DNA of 64,000 nt from Azolla caroliniana. Taxonomy: Eukaryota > Plantae > Polypodiophyta. The notes under the pieces are model-generated. The model ran no database searches, had not been told where the DNA came from, and saw only the letters and a list, made by a program, of their open reading frames with translations. Within the stretch, counting starts at the first letter, position 1. Each line of letters starts with the position of its first letter. Positions 38,725 through 51,566 of the stretch are shown here, in pieces. The stretch is from NCBI GenBank assembly GCA_043228905.1, contig JBHGNT010000002.1, forward strand, positions 11,842,001 to 11,906,000, written 5' to 3'. Both the position numbers and the translations under genes were made by a program.

Positions 38725-38899
38725 TTGTCTTTCAATTGTACTTGAACTTTAGTTGTTAGTGATGTCTGAAATTGAACTACTTGGATACCAAAATACTGTT
38801 TCAATTGCCAATGTAAAAAATCCAGTTCATGAATCTGAAATAGTTATACTAGTGTGAAATCAAGTTCATGTTTAAGGATTGCTTCTGTATTTTGCTCGT

Positions 38900-39620
38900 C
38901 AACATATATCAAAAACAATGGGAATATACTTTTTGATCTAAGTATTCTTATTTTACAACGTTTTGTTTCTTTTTTGAGATCATCTCCTAATCCTCGCAAA
39001 GTCTTTCAGTCTATTGTAGATAAAATGCTTGAAAGTCTTCTTAGCTTGCTACGAAAATTTAGGTTTTCAGGTGTTGATGATGAGAAACAGAAAATATCGG
39101 GTGTTATTGAAGATATACTGAAGTATAGACTGTTTCATCAATCCCATTTGGAGGGTAACCAGAATGTGTGCAAATTGTTGAAGCAATGTGGGCCATATTT
39201 TGATGATATCATCCCAAAGGATGAACCATCCACTAATAGTAGTAAGGAAACACTTACCTTTTTGAGCTATCACAAATTATTGTTTCAGAAGTTGGATTAT
39301 TTTGTTAAGGAAAGGAAGGTCTGTACTTTAAAATCCATAGCCTGGATATTCAGGACTTATATACAAGAAGTTAACACTCAGATGGCTTCACAGGACATAT
39401 CATGAAACAAAAAAGGATTCTGAGAGAATAATTTTCATTGTTGTCTTCACAGAATTCATCACCCCCTTAGAAAATCTTACAATATTAAAGTCTTTAATGA
39501 ATTCAACTAACAATCTTCTCTTGGTAGCAAAAGAAGAGCAGATTTATGTGCCAACAGAGGACACACCAACTCTTATACAATATTTTTACTCATTTTAACA
39601 TGGCTCTGCAAAACTCCTAT
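38900..39620 (+). pseudogene. Captured host gene fragment, probably Urb2/Npa2-family nucleolar protein
   Basis: Motifs RFVSFLR..P....F...VDKMLE.LL.LL, LFHQSHLEG, SYHKLLFQKL and, after a frameshift, IYVPTEDT, recalled as similar to plant URB2; no start or end of the gene. Confidence 0.55.
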
Positions 39621-39846
39621 GCTCAAATAACATCAGGAAACATGAGCAATATCGGCAATGAAGAAATCCAAGTCCTGTTGACAACAGCTAATATATTATG
39701 AAAGATAAGTACAAGTGGTTGAGAGGCATAAACACTTTGGAAGAAAGACGAAATATATCAATTCATTTGTCAATCATCAAAATTAATAGTGAACTCCAAG
39801 TGTATGTTTTTCAGTTTTCTGGTACAATGTATTGATAGGGTGACTT

Positions 39847-42800
39847 TCAAGCATTAAATAGAGAGACCTCCCCTAATATGTGCTCATGAACCTCTTGGGG
39901 GACCTTGTAGACAGTGTTGTATCCCTTAACCTTGTGCTTTGCTTGAGTCATATTGAATTTGATCGCAAGAATGGCATCAGCGTAGATTATTGCGATGGGT
40001 GCTTCTTTTAGTAATGCATATGTGTTCTTGCACTGCGGCAACTTTGCATAATAGTTTCCATACACGACAGACTCACCAACGTTGAAATTGTTGCCCCAAC
40101 CATCCCTCACCACTTCTTTCAATAATGTCTTTCCTTGCTTGCACACCACAATGTAGTAGTCTTCTAAATCTTCATTCTGAGGATATTTGAGCACTGCAAA
40201 ATGATCTCCAACTTCCAATAAAACTGCCAAGTCTTGATTTTGGTTGTAGTATACAATATCGTTTGAATGCACATCCTCTTCAATATCATCTTGTCGTTCA
40301 GGCTCAAGCTTCTGCAGCTTCCAGGGCTCCACGATTGATAGGTTGATGCATTTATCCCAAGCTTCATCTAGACACATGGAACAAAAGCATGATAAACTAC
40401 GGAGTAACAATTGGGTTGTGTCCTTGCGGCTAAACCCTAACACACAATGGGTGCTGCGTGTGCCTTTCACGGTTTTACAACCATATGATTTAGTTCTATC
40501 GACCTCATCAGCGCGAACTTCAACAAACAATCTGTTCTTACCATCATTTGACATCTTCCATGTTAGCCATTGCACAACATCATGTGCATTTTGTAACTTA
40601 GCGCCATTATTATCCAACTGCTCACTTGTAAGGGCACGTTTGATCACAGCCCCCACGCCATCATGCTCTCCTTTTCCATGTCCAGACCCGAAGTAATTCC
40701 ATTGCATATGAATATTGAATAAGGAGAAATACCTGCTTTGGTATCTCAGGTTTCCAACAAAATTAGTACTATGTTGTCAATTGAGAGTACTACACTTCCA
40801 TTAATACTGATTTAGTACAAATACAAAACAAAGCATAGCACAACGTATCCATTGAGAACACTCTACACTTATTAAAAGATAAATAGTACTATGTTGTCGA
40901 CCAACAATACCTGGCATCCATTTAATACTAACTTAGTATGGATATAGCACAAAGTATAGTACAATGAGTTCATGGAAAGCACTCTACATGTATTAACAGA
41001 TAAATAGTACAAAATGTTCAATATCGGATAGTACAATACAATGTGTCCACGGAGAACACAACCCTCCTTAGAAGATCATTAGTACTACAAGACATGTACT
41101 TTACATCCCCCAATAAACACTGATTTAGTATAGATACAACACATAGTACAATACAGTGTGTTCATGGAGAACGCTGAACATTGATTAATAGATAATCAGT
41201 ACCACACAGTGTGTTTAAAAGATGAGTACAAGATGAGTACAATACTATGAGTACAACATGAGTAAATACTGATTTAGTACAATTCTCTTAAGGACGGACA
41301 ATACTATGAGTACAAGATGAGTACTTTACATCCTTTTGTAAACACAACATAGTACAGAACCAACACACAACATAGTACAATGTGTATATGGAGAACCCTT
41401 CACATGGAATTAAACATAATTAGTACAATTCTCTTAAGGACGGACAATACTCTAAGTACAAGATGAGTACTTTACATCCTTCTATACACACAACATAGTA
41501 CAGATACAACACACAACATAGTACAATGTGTCTATGGAGAACACTTCACATGGATAAAAAGATAATTAGTACAATTCTCTTAAGGACGGACAATACTATG
41601 AGTACAAGATGGGTACTTTACATCCTTCTGTAAACACAACATAGTACAGATACAACACACAACATAGTACAATGTGTCTATGGAGAACACTTCACATGGA
41701 TAAAAAGATAATTAGTACAATTTTCTTAAGGACGGACAATACTATGAGTACAAGATGAGTACTTTACATCCTTCTATAAACACAACATAGTACAATGTGT
41801 CTATGGAGAACACTTCACATGGATTAAAAGTTACTTAGTACCACATAATACAAACAAAATTAGTATGCATGCATCCATTCACAAGTGCAAGATTCGAATA
41901 GGTACAAACATAATTAGTATGCATCCATGTGAATAGTACTGTTTGTTAATAGTTACAAAAATAATTAGTATGCATCCACTAACACAAGAATTACTTCCTT
42001 ACACATTGCATGATAAGTACTAAACATATGGATTAAAAATTACCTGGCGATAAAGTAGAACGATCGTGCCGCCTTAAACTGCAAGGCAGCACCATCAGAC
42101 CAAACCCAATGACGATTAAAGGTTAACCCTAGAGAAAATAAATCTGCATGGTGAAGCTTAAAACAATGTTGAACAAATAGTGTATCATGCTTTTTATCAT
42201 CTGAAATGTAAAATATTGATTTCTTATGTAATTCACCGTCTTGCCTCCAATAGCAAATATGTACAAGTATTGTACATTGATAATTGTACCAATGCATTGA
42301 TTGAACCTCATTTTGAACTTTAAATGTATAGTTTTCTGCAAAATCAATAATGGATACGATGACACCCGTTGGTAAGTTATTAATACATTCCTTGAACTGT
42401 GAATTTTGCCAATAACTCCGGAAGTTATGTGGAATAAACTCCCCAACTTGTTTCTTAAATTCTGAGACAAGGGTAGCAGCACATGTCTCCTTATATACTT
42501 CCTTGATACGCTTAGTTACAACTCCCTTGCCAATATTTTCAGTCACATACTCCAAATATTTCCATTTCATGATATGACTATTTCCCATATCAAGCTCCTG
42601 CCTACAAAATAATGGTAGCGGACAAACCTTTTTCACAAACACAAGACCTCCATAGCTCAGAAACGGATGCATAAGTCATGTTTCGTGCATTACACCTATT
42701 ATCCTCCCCATTTGGTCTACAAATCTCACAAGTGTAGACACATAATTCCCCGTGTATACCCTTAGAATCAATACGCATTGCATTCACTACTAGCCTTAAC

Positions 42801-43662
42801 ATGTCCATCTTCACATGGTACACACAACAACATGTATTCCTCTCATTTAATTTTCTAACATAAAATGGTTTCAAACCTTGGAACTTGGGGAATCCAACAG
42901 TCAAGCTTGGATGTTGGTCTTTAAAGTTCATGTACAATTCAGCCTACATCAACCAATATATATAGCAAACATTAATATACACTTGGTCAAAACACAAAGT
43001 TATGGAATGTGAATTGATATAAAAAAATGGAATACCTCTGTCATCTCCAAGAAGTGTCTAGGGTGAATCTGGTACTTACCCTGACTTATTCGTTGTCTAC
43101 ACACGTCCTTCTTATTTGGTGAGACACGCGTATTTTTGGCCCAAAATGAATCCACTTTCTCAATAATCTCTTGAGATAAGGCATCACATTGTCGTCTATG
43201 TCCCGACCCCAGCCACTTGAATTTGCTTGAGTGTATATTTCGGCGATGTTTCCTCAAGTTCCTTCTTTGAATACCCAGGGCTAAGGCAACTTTAGTATCA
43301 CTATATTTTTTTTCTCTCGCACCGTTCACAACCATGTGTAGGGCTGCCCTCTTTGCAGCAAGTTTGTCTAAGCTCTCTACACCTTTCACTAAGTCTAGGG
43401 ATGACTTCATAGACTCCACAATCTCTTCTGAAACACATTGGTCCCTAAATTTTATTCTCTCCATGTCTTCATTCAAACTTTGATGGTGTAACACTCTACA
43501 GATAATATCCCTACGATCCTCTTCACTAAATCTCTTCGTTATTTCTACCAAATAACGGACTATGTGAAGAACCACTCGTCTTTTAGTCCTTTCAGATATG
43601 CATGAGTTACTTGACAACTCACTCTCGTTAGGAACCCCCATTCGGTCACTAGATTTATCCAC
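39847..43662 (-). CDS. Sola-like DDD transposase, spliced, with one apparent frameshift at ~42610-42670
   Basis: Exons 43662-43036, 42943-42044 and 40732-39847 (GT..AG, phases match: MTE|AELY, IAR|YFSL). Motifs TCCCVYH, IIDFAENY, NEVQSMHW, SDDKKHD, WSDGAALQFK, WNYFGSGHGKGEHDGVG, SCFCSMC. The true start may lie upstream. Confidence 0.85.
40760..42020. repeat. AGTAC-rich tandem array in the transposase intron; core unit ~146 bp, about 4 copies at 41270-41840
   Basis: (G/A)AGTACAAGATG(A/G)GTACTTTACATCC recurs at about 41308, 41454, 41600 and 41746. Confidence 0.88.
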
Positions 43663-43873
43663 AAAAATTAAGTGTCTTGCAAAAGTAGTTAATGTTATAT
43701 AGACTCAACCAAGAAAACACAATCAAATGTTTTTAAATGTGGCCTGCAAAGTGAGAAATATTTTGTTTCAAACATTAGAATTACATATCAAATATGACAA
43801 ATGTCAATTCTAAAAATTTAGTACTGAAATATGAAGAAATGAAACATTTTAGTACTGAAAATAAAAAAATGGA

Positions 43874-44141
43874 TGGAAGGAACCTCCAATGGTGGAGGGA
43901 GCGTTGGATATGCCGCCTCGATTTGCTGGAAGGAACCTCCAATGGTGGAGGGAGCATGGATATGTAGCCTCGATTTGGTGGAAGGAACCTCCAATGGTGG
44001 AGGGAGCATTGGATATGCCGCCTCGATTTGGTGGAAGGAACCTCCAATGGTGGAGGGAGCGTTGGATATGCCGCCTCGATTTGGTGGAAGGAGCCTCGAT
44101 TTGGTGGAAGGAACCTCCAATGCCGCCTCGATTTGGTGGAA
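43874..44141. repeat. ~53-bp tandem repeat upstream of the transposase
   Basis: TGGAAGGAACCTCCAATGGTGGAGGGAGCGTTGGATATGCCGCCTCGATTTGG starting at 43874, 43927, 43979 and 44032, plus partial copies. Confidence 0.92.
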
Positions 44142-44722
44142 AAAGCCCCAAATCACCACGACATCAATTGCAATCGGTGGAAGTAAGAAAGTCGTTGTCG
44201 AAGAAGTGACTATTGGCTGCTACCTAAACCCTCAGAACAGTCTATGTACCTCAACCGAAACCTAACAAAAACAGAAACCCTAAAAAAATCAGAAATCCTC
44301 AACTCAAACTCTCCAACCAGACATGGATGTCTGAGATTTATATTGAAGGAAAATCAGAAACGTGACATGGATGTCTGTGATGAAAAGCTCAGAGGGATAG
44401 AGGAAGAGCAGTATGAGGGGAATCGCCAAAACGACGTGAGGGGAAAATAGCCCCCAAAATGGAAGAACATCTCCTCACGTGTTCCCCCCACTCCTTCTAC
44501 AGTAAATGATACTTGTACTACAGTCACCCCACTCTCCAAAATCGATTTTCTTTTTCTGTAGTTTTTTTTCTGAATTATTCAGTACTAACAATATTGAAAG
44601 TACTAACAATTTTTGTGGCCAAAAACAGTACTTTTCTGGTACACCGTAGCGTGCTTCGACCCTGAGCAACGTTCGACCTATACAGTGTCGGCAATAGTTA
44701 TTGTCGACCGAACAACAAGCGA

Positions 44723-45003
44723 CAACGGAGACACCAGTGAAGATCGGGGGGAAGAAAGAGACCGTGGTAGCCTTGATCGACCATGGCTCGGAGATCAACC
44801 TCATGTCAAGCGAATTCTACAAAAAAGGAAGATGGCCAATCAATACAAATCACGGATGGAAGATTCGACCGGCAACAAAGGCCACAGAGGACTTGTACGG
44901 AGGTTGTCCCAATGTTAAAGTCACGATTGGGGATGTGAAGATGGATCAACACTTCTTCGTGCAAGAATCGGCTTCGCATCCTGTCATCCTACGACAACCG
45001 TAT
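44723..45003 (+). pseudogene. Gypsy D aspartic protease segment
   Basis: VVALIDHGSEINLM ... HPVIL; continues after copia B at 51200. Confidence 0.8.
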
Positions 45004-48000
45004 GGTTGGGAAATTGGTCTCTTCGGATGGGATCTGGTGATGAATAAAGAGGACCCGGTGAGAACCGGAAGAGATCCGGAAACCGGAGGAGAACCGGAAG
45101 AGAAGAAATATCTGTAAATATGTTTTGAGTAAGCCTATTGAGGCTATATTTGTAAATAACCCTAAGTTCATATAAGTATAAATATGACTTAGGGCAATCA
45201 CTTTATGTGGTGGTTGTTGTTATTGTCATATTGTTGTACAGAGAGAGAGAGTGCGACATAGAGAGAGTATGAGATATAGAGAAATACTCTGTTGTAAACG
45301 CCAGTTGGCGTAGATACAGAGCTCGAGGTCGTTGCCTCCAAGTCTCTGCTTGTACCCTCTTTTCTCTATAGTGATAGTTGGAGTCTGTGGGCTCCCGTGG
45401 TTTTTTCCCATTCAGGGTTTTCCACGTAAACATCATGTGTATTTCCTTTGTGTACTCTCCACTTCCCATTTCAGTGTTTCATTCTCAAAGAAGTGTTCAA
45501 GACTCGGTTGCAGCCGAGCAATATTCTGCGCCATTCTCAACAAATTGGTATCAGAACCAACAACATTGGAAATGGAAGAATCGTTCGGCGGCATGTTCAA
45601 GCTCACCGGCTCCAACTACTCATTTTGGAAGTCGAAGATGAGGGATATGCTTGTGGTCAAAGATCTTTGGTTGCCGGTTCAATTCAGGGACAAGAGACAG
45701 GATAAGATCAACGCCACAGTGTGGGAGGTGATGCACATGAAGACGACGGCATACATCCGGTGCTTCATCGATATGAGCCTGTACAACAACTTCAATGAAG
45801 AGAGAAAGGCTCAGGAACTCTGGGAGAAGATCGACATCATCTTCCAGAACAAGAACGTTGTCAATCAGGTTTCGGTATTCCAGAAGCTTGTGAGGCTCCG
45901 GTACCAGGACGGCTCCAGTATTGCGGAGCACATTAATGCCTTGCAGAGACTGATCCACCAGGCAACCTCGTTGGAAGTACGTCTCATCGATGAGGTACTT
46001 GCATTACTCCTACTCGGTTCCCTCCCGAATAGCTGGGAGACGTTAGTTGTCATGTTGGGCAACGCCAGGCTGGAAGGAAAATAGTTGTCCCTCGCAAGGG
46101 TAAAATCAAGCCTGCTAGATGAAGAAGCTCACCGGAAGGACCGGGAGTCCGAAACTGATCCGAAGGCCTTGGTCACGAAAGATGACCACAACCGGGGAAG
46201 AGGCCGGTATCGGAGTCCCCAAAACCGGGACAAGTCGGGACGAGGTCAAAGTCAAGGGGGAGGCCCACTTGCTTCTACTATGGGAAGTCGGGGCACATTC
46301 CAGAAGAACTGCCCGCATATCCGGAAAGAGAAAGAAACCAACAACACCGATTCGAAGAAGAGTTCAGACCGAAACGGTTCGGATCGGAGAGGCCCGGGCC
46401 AGAAGGGAACGTTGGCGATCGTGACAAGTGAAGAAGAACTGATGCTCATTACCGAAGAGAATGAGTTAAACCTTGTCGACGACAAGACAACGTGGGTTGT
46501 CGATTCCAGGGAGTCGTTCCACCTGACACCGGATCGGAAATGCTTCTCATCCTACTCAGTTGGTGATCATGGTTGTGTCCGGATGGGGAATGAAGGTACA
46601 TGCCGAATTATCGACATAGGAGATGTGTTGTTGACGACATTAACCAGATGCAAATTTCTCCTGAAGGATGTCTGACACGTTCCGAAGGTTCGACTAAACC
46701 TGATATCAGCCGGTCGGCTAGATGATGAAGGCTACACGGGTAGCATCAGGAATGGAGTCATGAAGTTCAGCAAGGGAAGCTTGATAGTGGCTCGAGCCTG
46801 GAAGGTCAACACATTGTACTTCATGAATGCCCGGATATGCCGGAAAGAAGTGAACGTAGCATTTGACATTGCCGGTGAGCTGTGGCACAAAAGAATTTGT
46901 CACATGAGTGAGAAGGGGATGAAGAGGCTTGCCGAAGACAACCTCATTCCGGTGAAGGACGTGCAACTTGAGAAGTGCATCGATTGCTTGGCCGGCAAAA
47001 CAGAACCGAACCTCCTTCCAGTCAAGACCACAGATGAGACGGAATGCACCACTGGAGCTGGTGCATACCGATGTGTGTCAAGTGGACATGAAGTCACATG
47101 CCGGATCAGGTGCTATCCATCTTCAAGGAGCTCCACGCGAGAGTACGCAGAAGGTCGATCCCTTGGCCGGGAGCGCCTTCTGGGGATCAGTCGTAGGACT
47201 TTGTAGCTTCTCTTCTTCTCCTCTAGAATCATGGTGTTCCTAAAATAGTCTAAGGCCGCCCCTTTTATAGCGCAAGGAGCGACCGTTACAAAAGCCTTTA
47301 AGACCTCTCGCTATCCTCCCTTGATTCTCTCCTTGATTCGCTCTCCCCCCTACGCAATGTCGAAATTCCTATTAATGCTCTAACTACCTAGCACCCCTCA
47401 TCCTACCAATACCTAGTATTTACATAGTTTAATTTAGTAGGGATGTGCACTCATGCACACCCGTGTTCCCGCGTGTTTCACACCGTTTCCTCCTATGGCT
47501 CGGAATCTTTACGACATCCACCCCCACCAAACTGCACTTCCTCCGGTATGTGCCGGATAGCGAACTTAGTGAGGGATAACGGGGCCATCTGCTACTCGTC
47601 CTCCTCTTCTGAACTACTGCTTTCGACTCCCACCGTTAGGTCTCGTTCCGCCTCTTGAAGGCCTTTATCCGCTTCTCGACCAATGGTGTCGTCATTCGAG
47701 TCTCGTCGAGCTCCATGAGATGAAATGTCACGTTGTCGTTGACGCTGATTACCACGTATGGCCCGAACCACCATTTTGTGAACTTACGCATAGACGGATG
47801 CTGGTTGTCAAGGCTGCTGTCATAAACTAATACCCAATCTCCTTCATGCATCTTCTTCGGTCGGAGCCAGTGTGTTCGGTCGAACCTGGCCTTGTTTCGG
47901 ATTCTCGCTAAAACGGTGTCCTATGCCAACCGGATCTCGCTAGTTGGGGTCGGTAACGAACCCCTTTATTCGTTCCCAGTTGCCCTCAGGTAAGGGTGTC

Positions 48001-51000
48001 CCGACGGGCTTCACCTTATGGTACACAGTCTTGTAGTTGGTTTCTACTCGGGCGATCTGATGCGTCCTAGTTTCCCTTTCAAAGTCCGCAATGACTTCGT
48101 ATATGTGGACCGAGTTGACCGGTATGATCCGGTCTTCGCTCAGGCCTCCATCGACTACCCTCCCGTTTTCTCCAAGGGTGTCATCAAACGAGACCGCCTC
48201 CACGGCTTCCCCAATCCTTTCATCGTGGCTCAAGGCTCTGCACGCCTTTAAGGGCATCTCGACCCATTTCCTTTCTCGGCCAGTAATGCCAGTTATGGTA
48301 CAACCCCCGTTGTCAGAGAACAAAAATTTCCTACCATTACAGGTGTGGGGAATTTTCCGGCCATCCGGACTATCGCGGCCCCACGCCTTGATAGCCCTTT
48401 CTAAAAATCCGCCCGGTCGTTATTTTCGAGGGTGTCCCAGTTCCGCTCGTGATTCTTCCTCTCCTATGGCATGGAATCTGCACGACAACATTCTGGGCTA
48501 AGGCACTGACGACGGCGACCTATGTCCTCAACACCCTTGGAAGGAGACTCACCGCAGAAAGTATGGACCAGTAAAGATGTATCCTACCGGCATCTAAAGG
48601 TGTTCGGGTGTCTCGCTTACGTGCATGTGGCGAAGGACAAGAGAGAAAAGTTGAATTCAAAGTCCATGCCATGCATATTCCCTGGATACGGCAATGATGA
48701 GTTCGGTTACCGGCTGTGGGATCTAGTCGACAAGAAGGTGTTCCGGAGTCGGGACATAGTCTTCATGGAAGACAAGACCATTGCCGACTAGGAGTCCGAG
48801 AAGAAGATGATAAACTCCGGATCATCCAATGAAAACCGGCCAAAGGACACAAGGACCTACCCGGTTGAAAATTGGATGTTAGCCGGTAACCTGATGACAC
48901 TCGACGAACCGGCCGGATACGGACAGGAATCCGAACCAACCGAAGAAGAAGAAGACACCAGAACTAGACAAGATCCCGAATCGGATGAGGATGAGGAACA
49001 AACGAAGGAACCGGTAGTCAGAAACCAAGGATGGAGATATCCTCTCCGTGAGAGAAGAGCCCCCCGGAGATTTCCGGATGCAAAGCATGTGTTGCTAAAT
49101 GATGAGGGGGAGCCGGAAAGCTTCGAAGAAGCAAAGAGAGACACCCACAGCCGCAAGTGATTGAGTGTCATGCAGGATGAGATGGATTCCCTGCATGAGA
49201 ACCACACGTATGAACTAACGGAGTTGTCGAAAGGAAAGAGGGCATTCCGGAACAAGTGGGTGTACAAGCTGAAACCGGGAGATGCCGGAAATCAACCAAG
49301 GTATAAGGCCCGAATCATGGTGAAGGGCTTCTAGCAGAAGAAAGGAGTGGACTTCGATGAGATCTTTGCCATGGTAGTAAAGATGGCATCCATCCGGATG
49401 GTATTGGGCATAACGGCAAGCATGGACCTCGAGGTAGAGCAGTTGGACGTGAAGACGGCATTCCTCTATGGTGACCTCAAAGAGGAGATCTACATGCATC
49501 AACCGGAAGGATCTGAGGAGCAGCTGAAGAAGAGCTTATACGGACTGAAGCAAGCTCCCTTGCAATGGTACCGGAAGTTCGACCCCTTCATGACCAACCA
49601 AGGGTACCACAAGACGCAAGACAATCACTGCATGTTTGTAAAGAAATTTGACGGAGGAGACTTCCTGATACTCCTCCTATATGTGGATGATATGCTAATC
49701 GTCAGACGAGACCAAGTCAAGATTCAGATGTTGAAGAAGGCTCTGAACCGGACCTTCTCAATGAAAGACTTGGGGCCGGCAAGACAGATATTAGGAATGC
49801 ACATCATTTGAGACCGGTCGAAGAAGCTGTTGTGGTTGTCACAGAAGAAGTACATGACAAAGGTGCTTCAACGATTCAACCTATCGGAGGCGAAACCGGT
49901 CAGATCCACACTTCCGGCAAACTGCAAGCTATCCGGAAAACAAAGTCCGAGGACAACGGCGGAGAAGACGTATATGATGAAGATACCATATGCCGTTGCC
50001 GTCAGGAGCTTGATGTACGCAATGGTATGTACCCGGCCGGATATCGGATATGTAGTCGGAGTGGTGAGCCGGTTCATGAGCAATCCCGGCAAAGAGCATT
50101 GGAACGCGGTCAAGTGGATACTCCAGTATCTGAAGGGCACTTCGAGTATGTGCCTCCGGTTTGGCTCCGGTAATCCCCAACTTGACGGATTCACGGATTC
50201 GGATATGTCGGCTGATGCGGATACCAACCGGTCTACATCCGCATATGTCATGACTCTGGTAATCATGGCAGTCGAGGTTGTAGAAGACGGTTGCGTTGTC
50301 AATCACGGAGGCGGAGTACATGGTAGCTGTAGAAGCCGGCAAGGAGATAATCTAGATGAAGGATTTCATCGGAGAGCTAGGGATCCAATAGGAGGAATAT
50401 CGGCTCTACTGCGACAGTCAAAGTGCCATCCACCTTGCAAAGAATGCAGCCTACCATTCCTGGATGAAACATATCCAGTGGAGGTACCACTGGATCCGGA
50501 GAGAGTAGAAGATCAAGAGTTCATGCTGACGAAGATCCACACGGAGGAGAACGGGTCGGATATGCTGACCAAGGTGTTGACGACCAACAAGTTGGACGCA
50601 GGCCGAAAGCGGATTGGGCTGACAAGACATCCCATGCCTAAGTGAAAGGGGAGATTGTTGGGAAATCGGTCTCTCCGGATGGGATCCGGTGATGAATAAA
50701 GAGGACCTGGTGAGAACCGGAAGAGATCGGCAAACCGGAAGAAAGCCAGTGAGAACCGGAAGAGAAGACATATCTGTAAAATATGTTTTGAGTAAGCCTA
50801 TTGAGGCTATATTTGTAAATAGCCCTAAGTTCATACAAGTATAAATATGACTTTATGTGGTTGTTGTTGTTATTGTCATATTGTTGTATATATAGAGAGA
50901 GAGTGCGACAGAGAGAGAGTGTGAGATACAGAGAAATACTCTGTTGCAACCGCCGGTTGGCGTAGATATAAAGCTCGAGGTCATTGCCTCCGAGTCACTA

Positions 51001-51194
51001 CTTGTACCCTCTTTTCTTCATAGTGATAGTTGGAGTCTATGGGCTCCCGTGGTTTTTTCCCATTCAGGATTTTCCACGTAAACATCTTGTGCATTTCCTT
51101 TGTGTACTCTCCACTTCCCATTTCTGTGTTTCATTCTCAGAGAAGTGTTCAAGACTCGATTGCGGCCAAGCAATTTTCCGCGCCATTCTCAACA
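45004..51194 (+). mobile_element. Ty1/copia element B (same family as copia A); LTRs 45004-45542 and 50656-51194
   Basis: Perfect TSD CGTAT; Met PBS TGGTATCAGA at 45546; PPT GAAAGGGGAGAT 50644-50655; RT LLLYVDDML; degenerate gag-pol 45572-50645. Confidence 0.93.
47144..48490 (-). mobile_element. Rearranged fragment of a Trp-type gypsy (partial LTR to 47516, PPT, integrase tail, pre-RT segment) inside copia B
   Basis: ..ACGACA followed by TCCACCCCCACC, as at 181-193; GDWVLVYDSSLDNQH..KFTKWWFGPYVV matches 54485-54859; 47940-48323 matches 51567-51929; no TSD seen. Confidence 0.75.
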
Positions 51195-51566
51195 CGTATA
51201 TCACATCATCCCGGATGGAGACCAAGGTGTTCGATAATGGAGCAGCCTTCGTGCAGATCAAGAGTCTTAAGAACCAAAGATCTGTTCAATTCCTAACGGT
51301 GCGAGCTAATCATGAAAGAAATCGAGATAACCTTGGAGGCAACTAGTCCGATTTTTAGAGTGGACTATTGAAGCATGGGGCCCAAATGTCCGAGCAATCA
51401 CAAGTCCCCACAAGAAAGTAGAGCGCATGGATTGCAAGGAGAAGCAACATGTGTCACACCTAGTGGCGCATGTAAACTAGTACTACCCAACAAAAAGGAC
51501 AAGCGTCAGATACAAGACTTCGAGAAGATGTTGAAAGAAGAAAACATAATAGAAGAAGAATAATTT

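Larger units (their letters stand above)
33030..44662. mobile_element. 11.6-kb TIR DNA transposon, Sola (probably Sola2)-like
   Basis: 26-bp TIRs GGGTCGAAGCA(T/C)GCTACGGTGTACCA at 33030-33055 and 44637-44662, 1 mismatch. 4-bp TSD TGAG at 33026-33029 and 44663-44666. The empty site is visible in the 5' LTR near 24465 (TTCGGTGAGCAATG). DDD transposase inside. Confidence 0.9.
24325..44717 (+). mobile_element. Non-chromovirus Ty3/gypsy element B with an extra 3' ORF; 5' LTR 24325-24519 (internally deleted); 3' LTR 32600-33029 plus 44663-44717 (split by the DNA transposon)
   Basis: Both LTRs TGTTACCCGGACAA...CCGAACAACA; perfect TSD AGCGA at 24320-24324 and 44718-44722; the host frame HYTRPHWA-A|TTETPVKIG resumes after removal. 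Confidence 0.93.

Noticed and set aside
43874-44141. Possible CRISPR array
   Set aside because: Head-to-tail tandem units without unique spacers, no cas genes, eukaryotic context.
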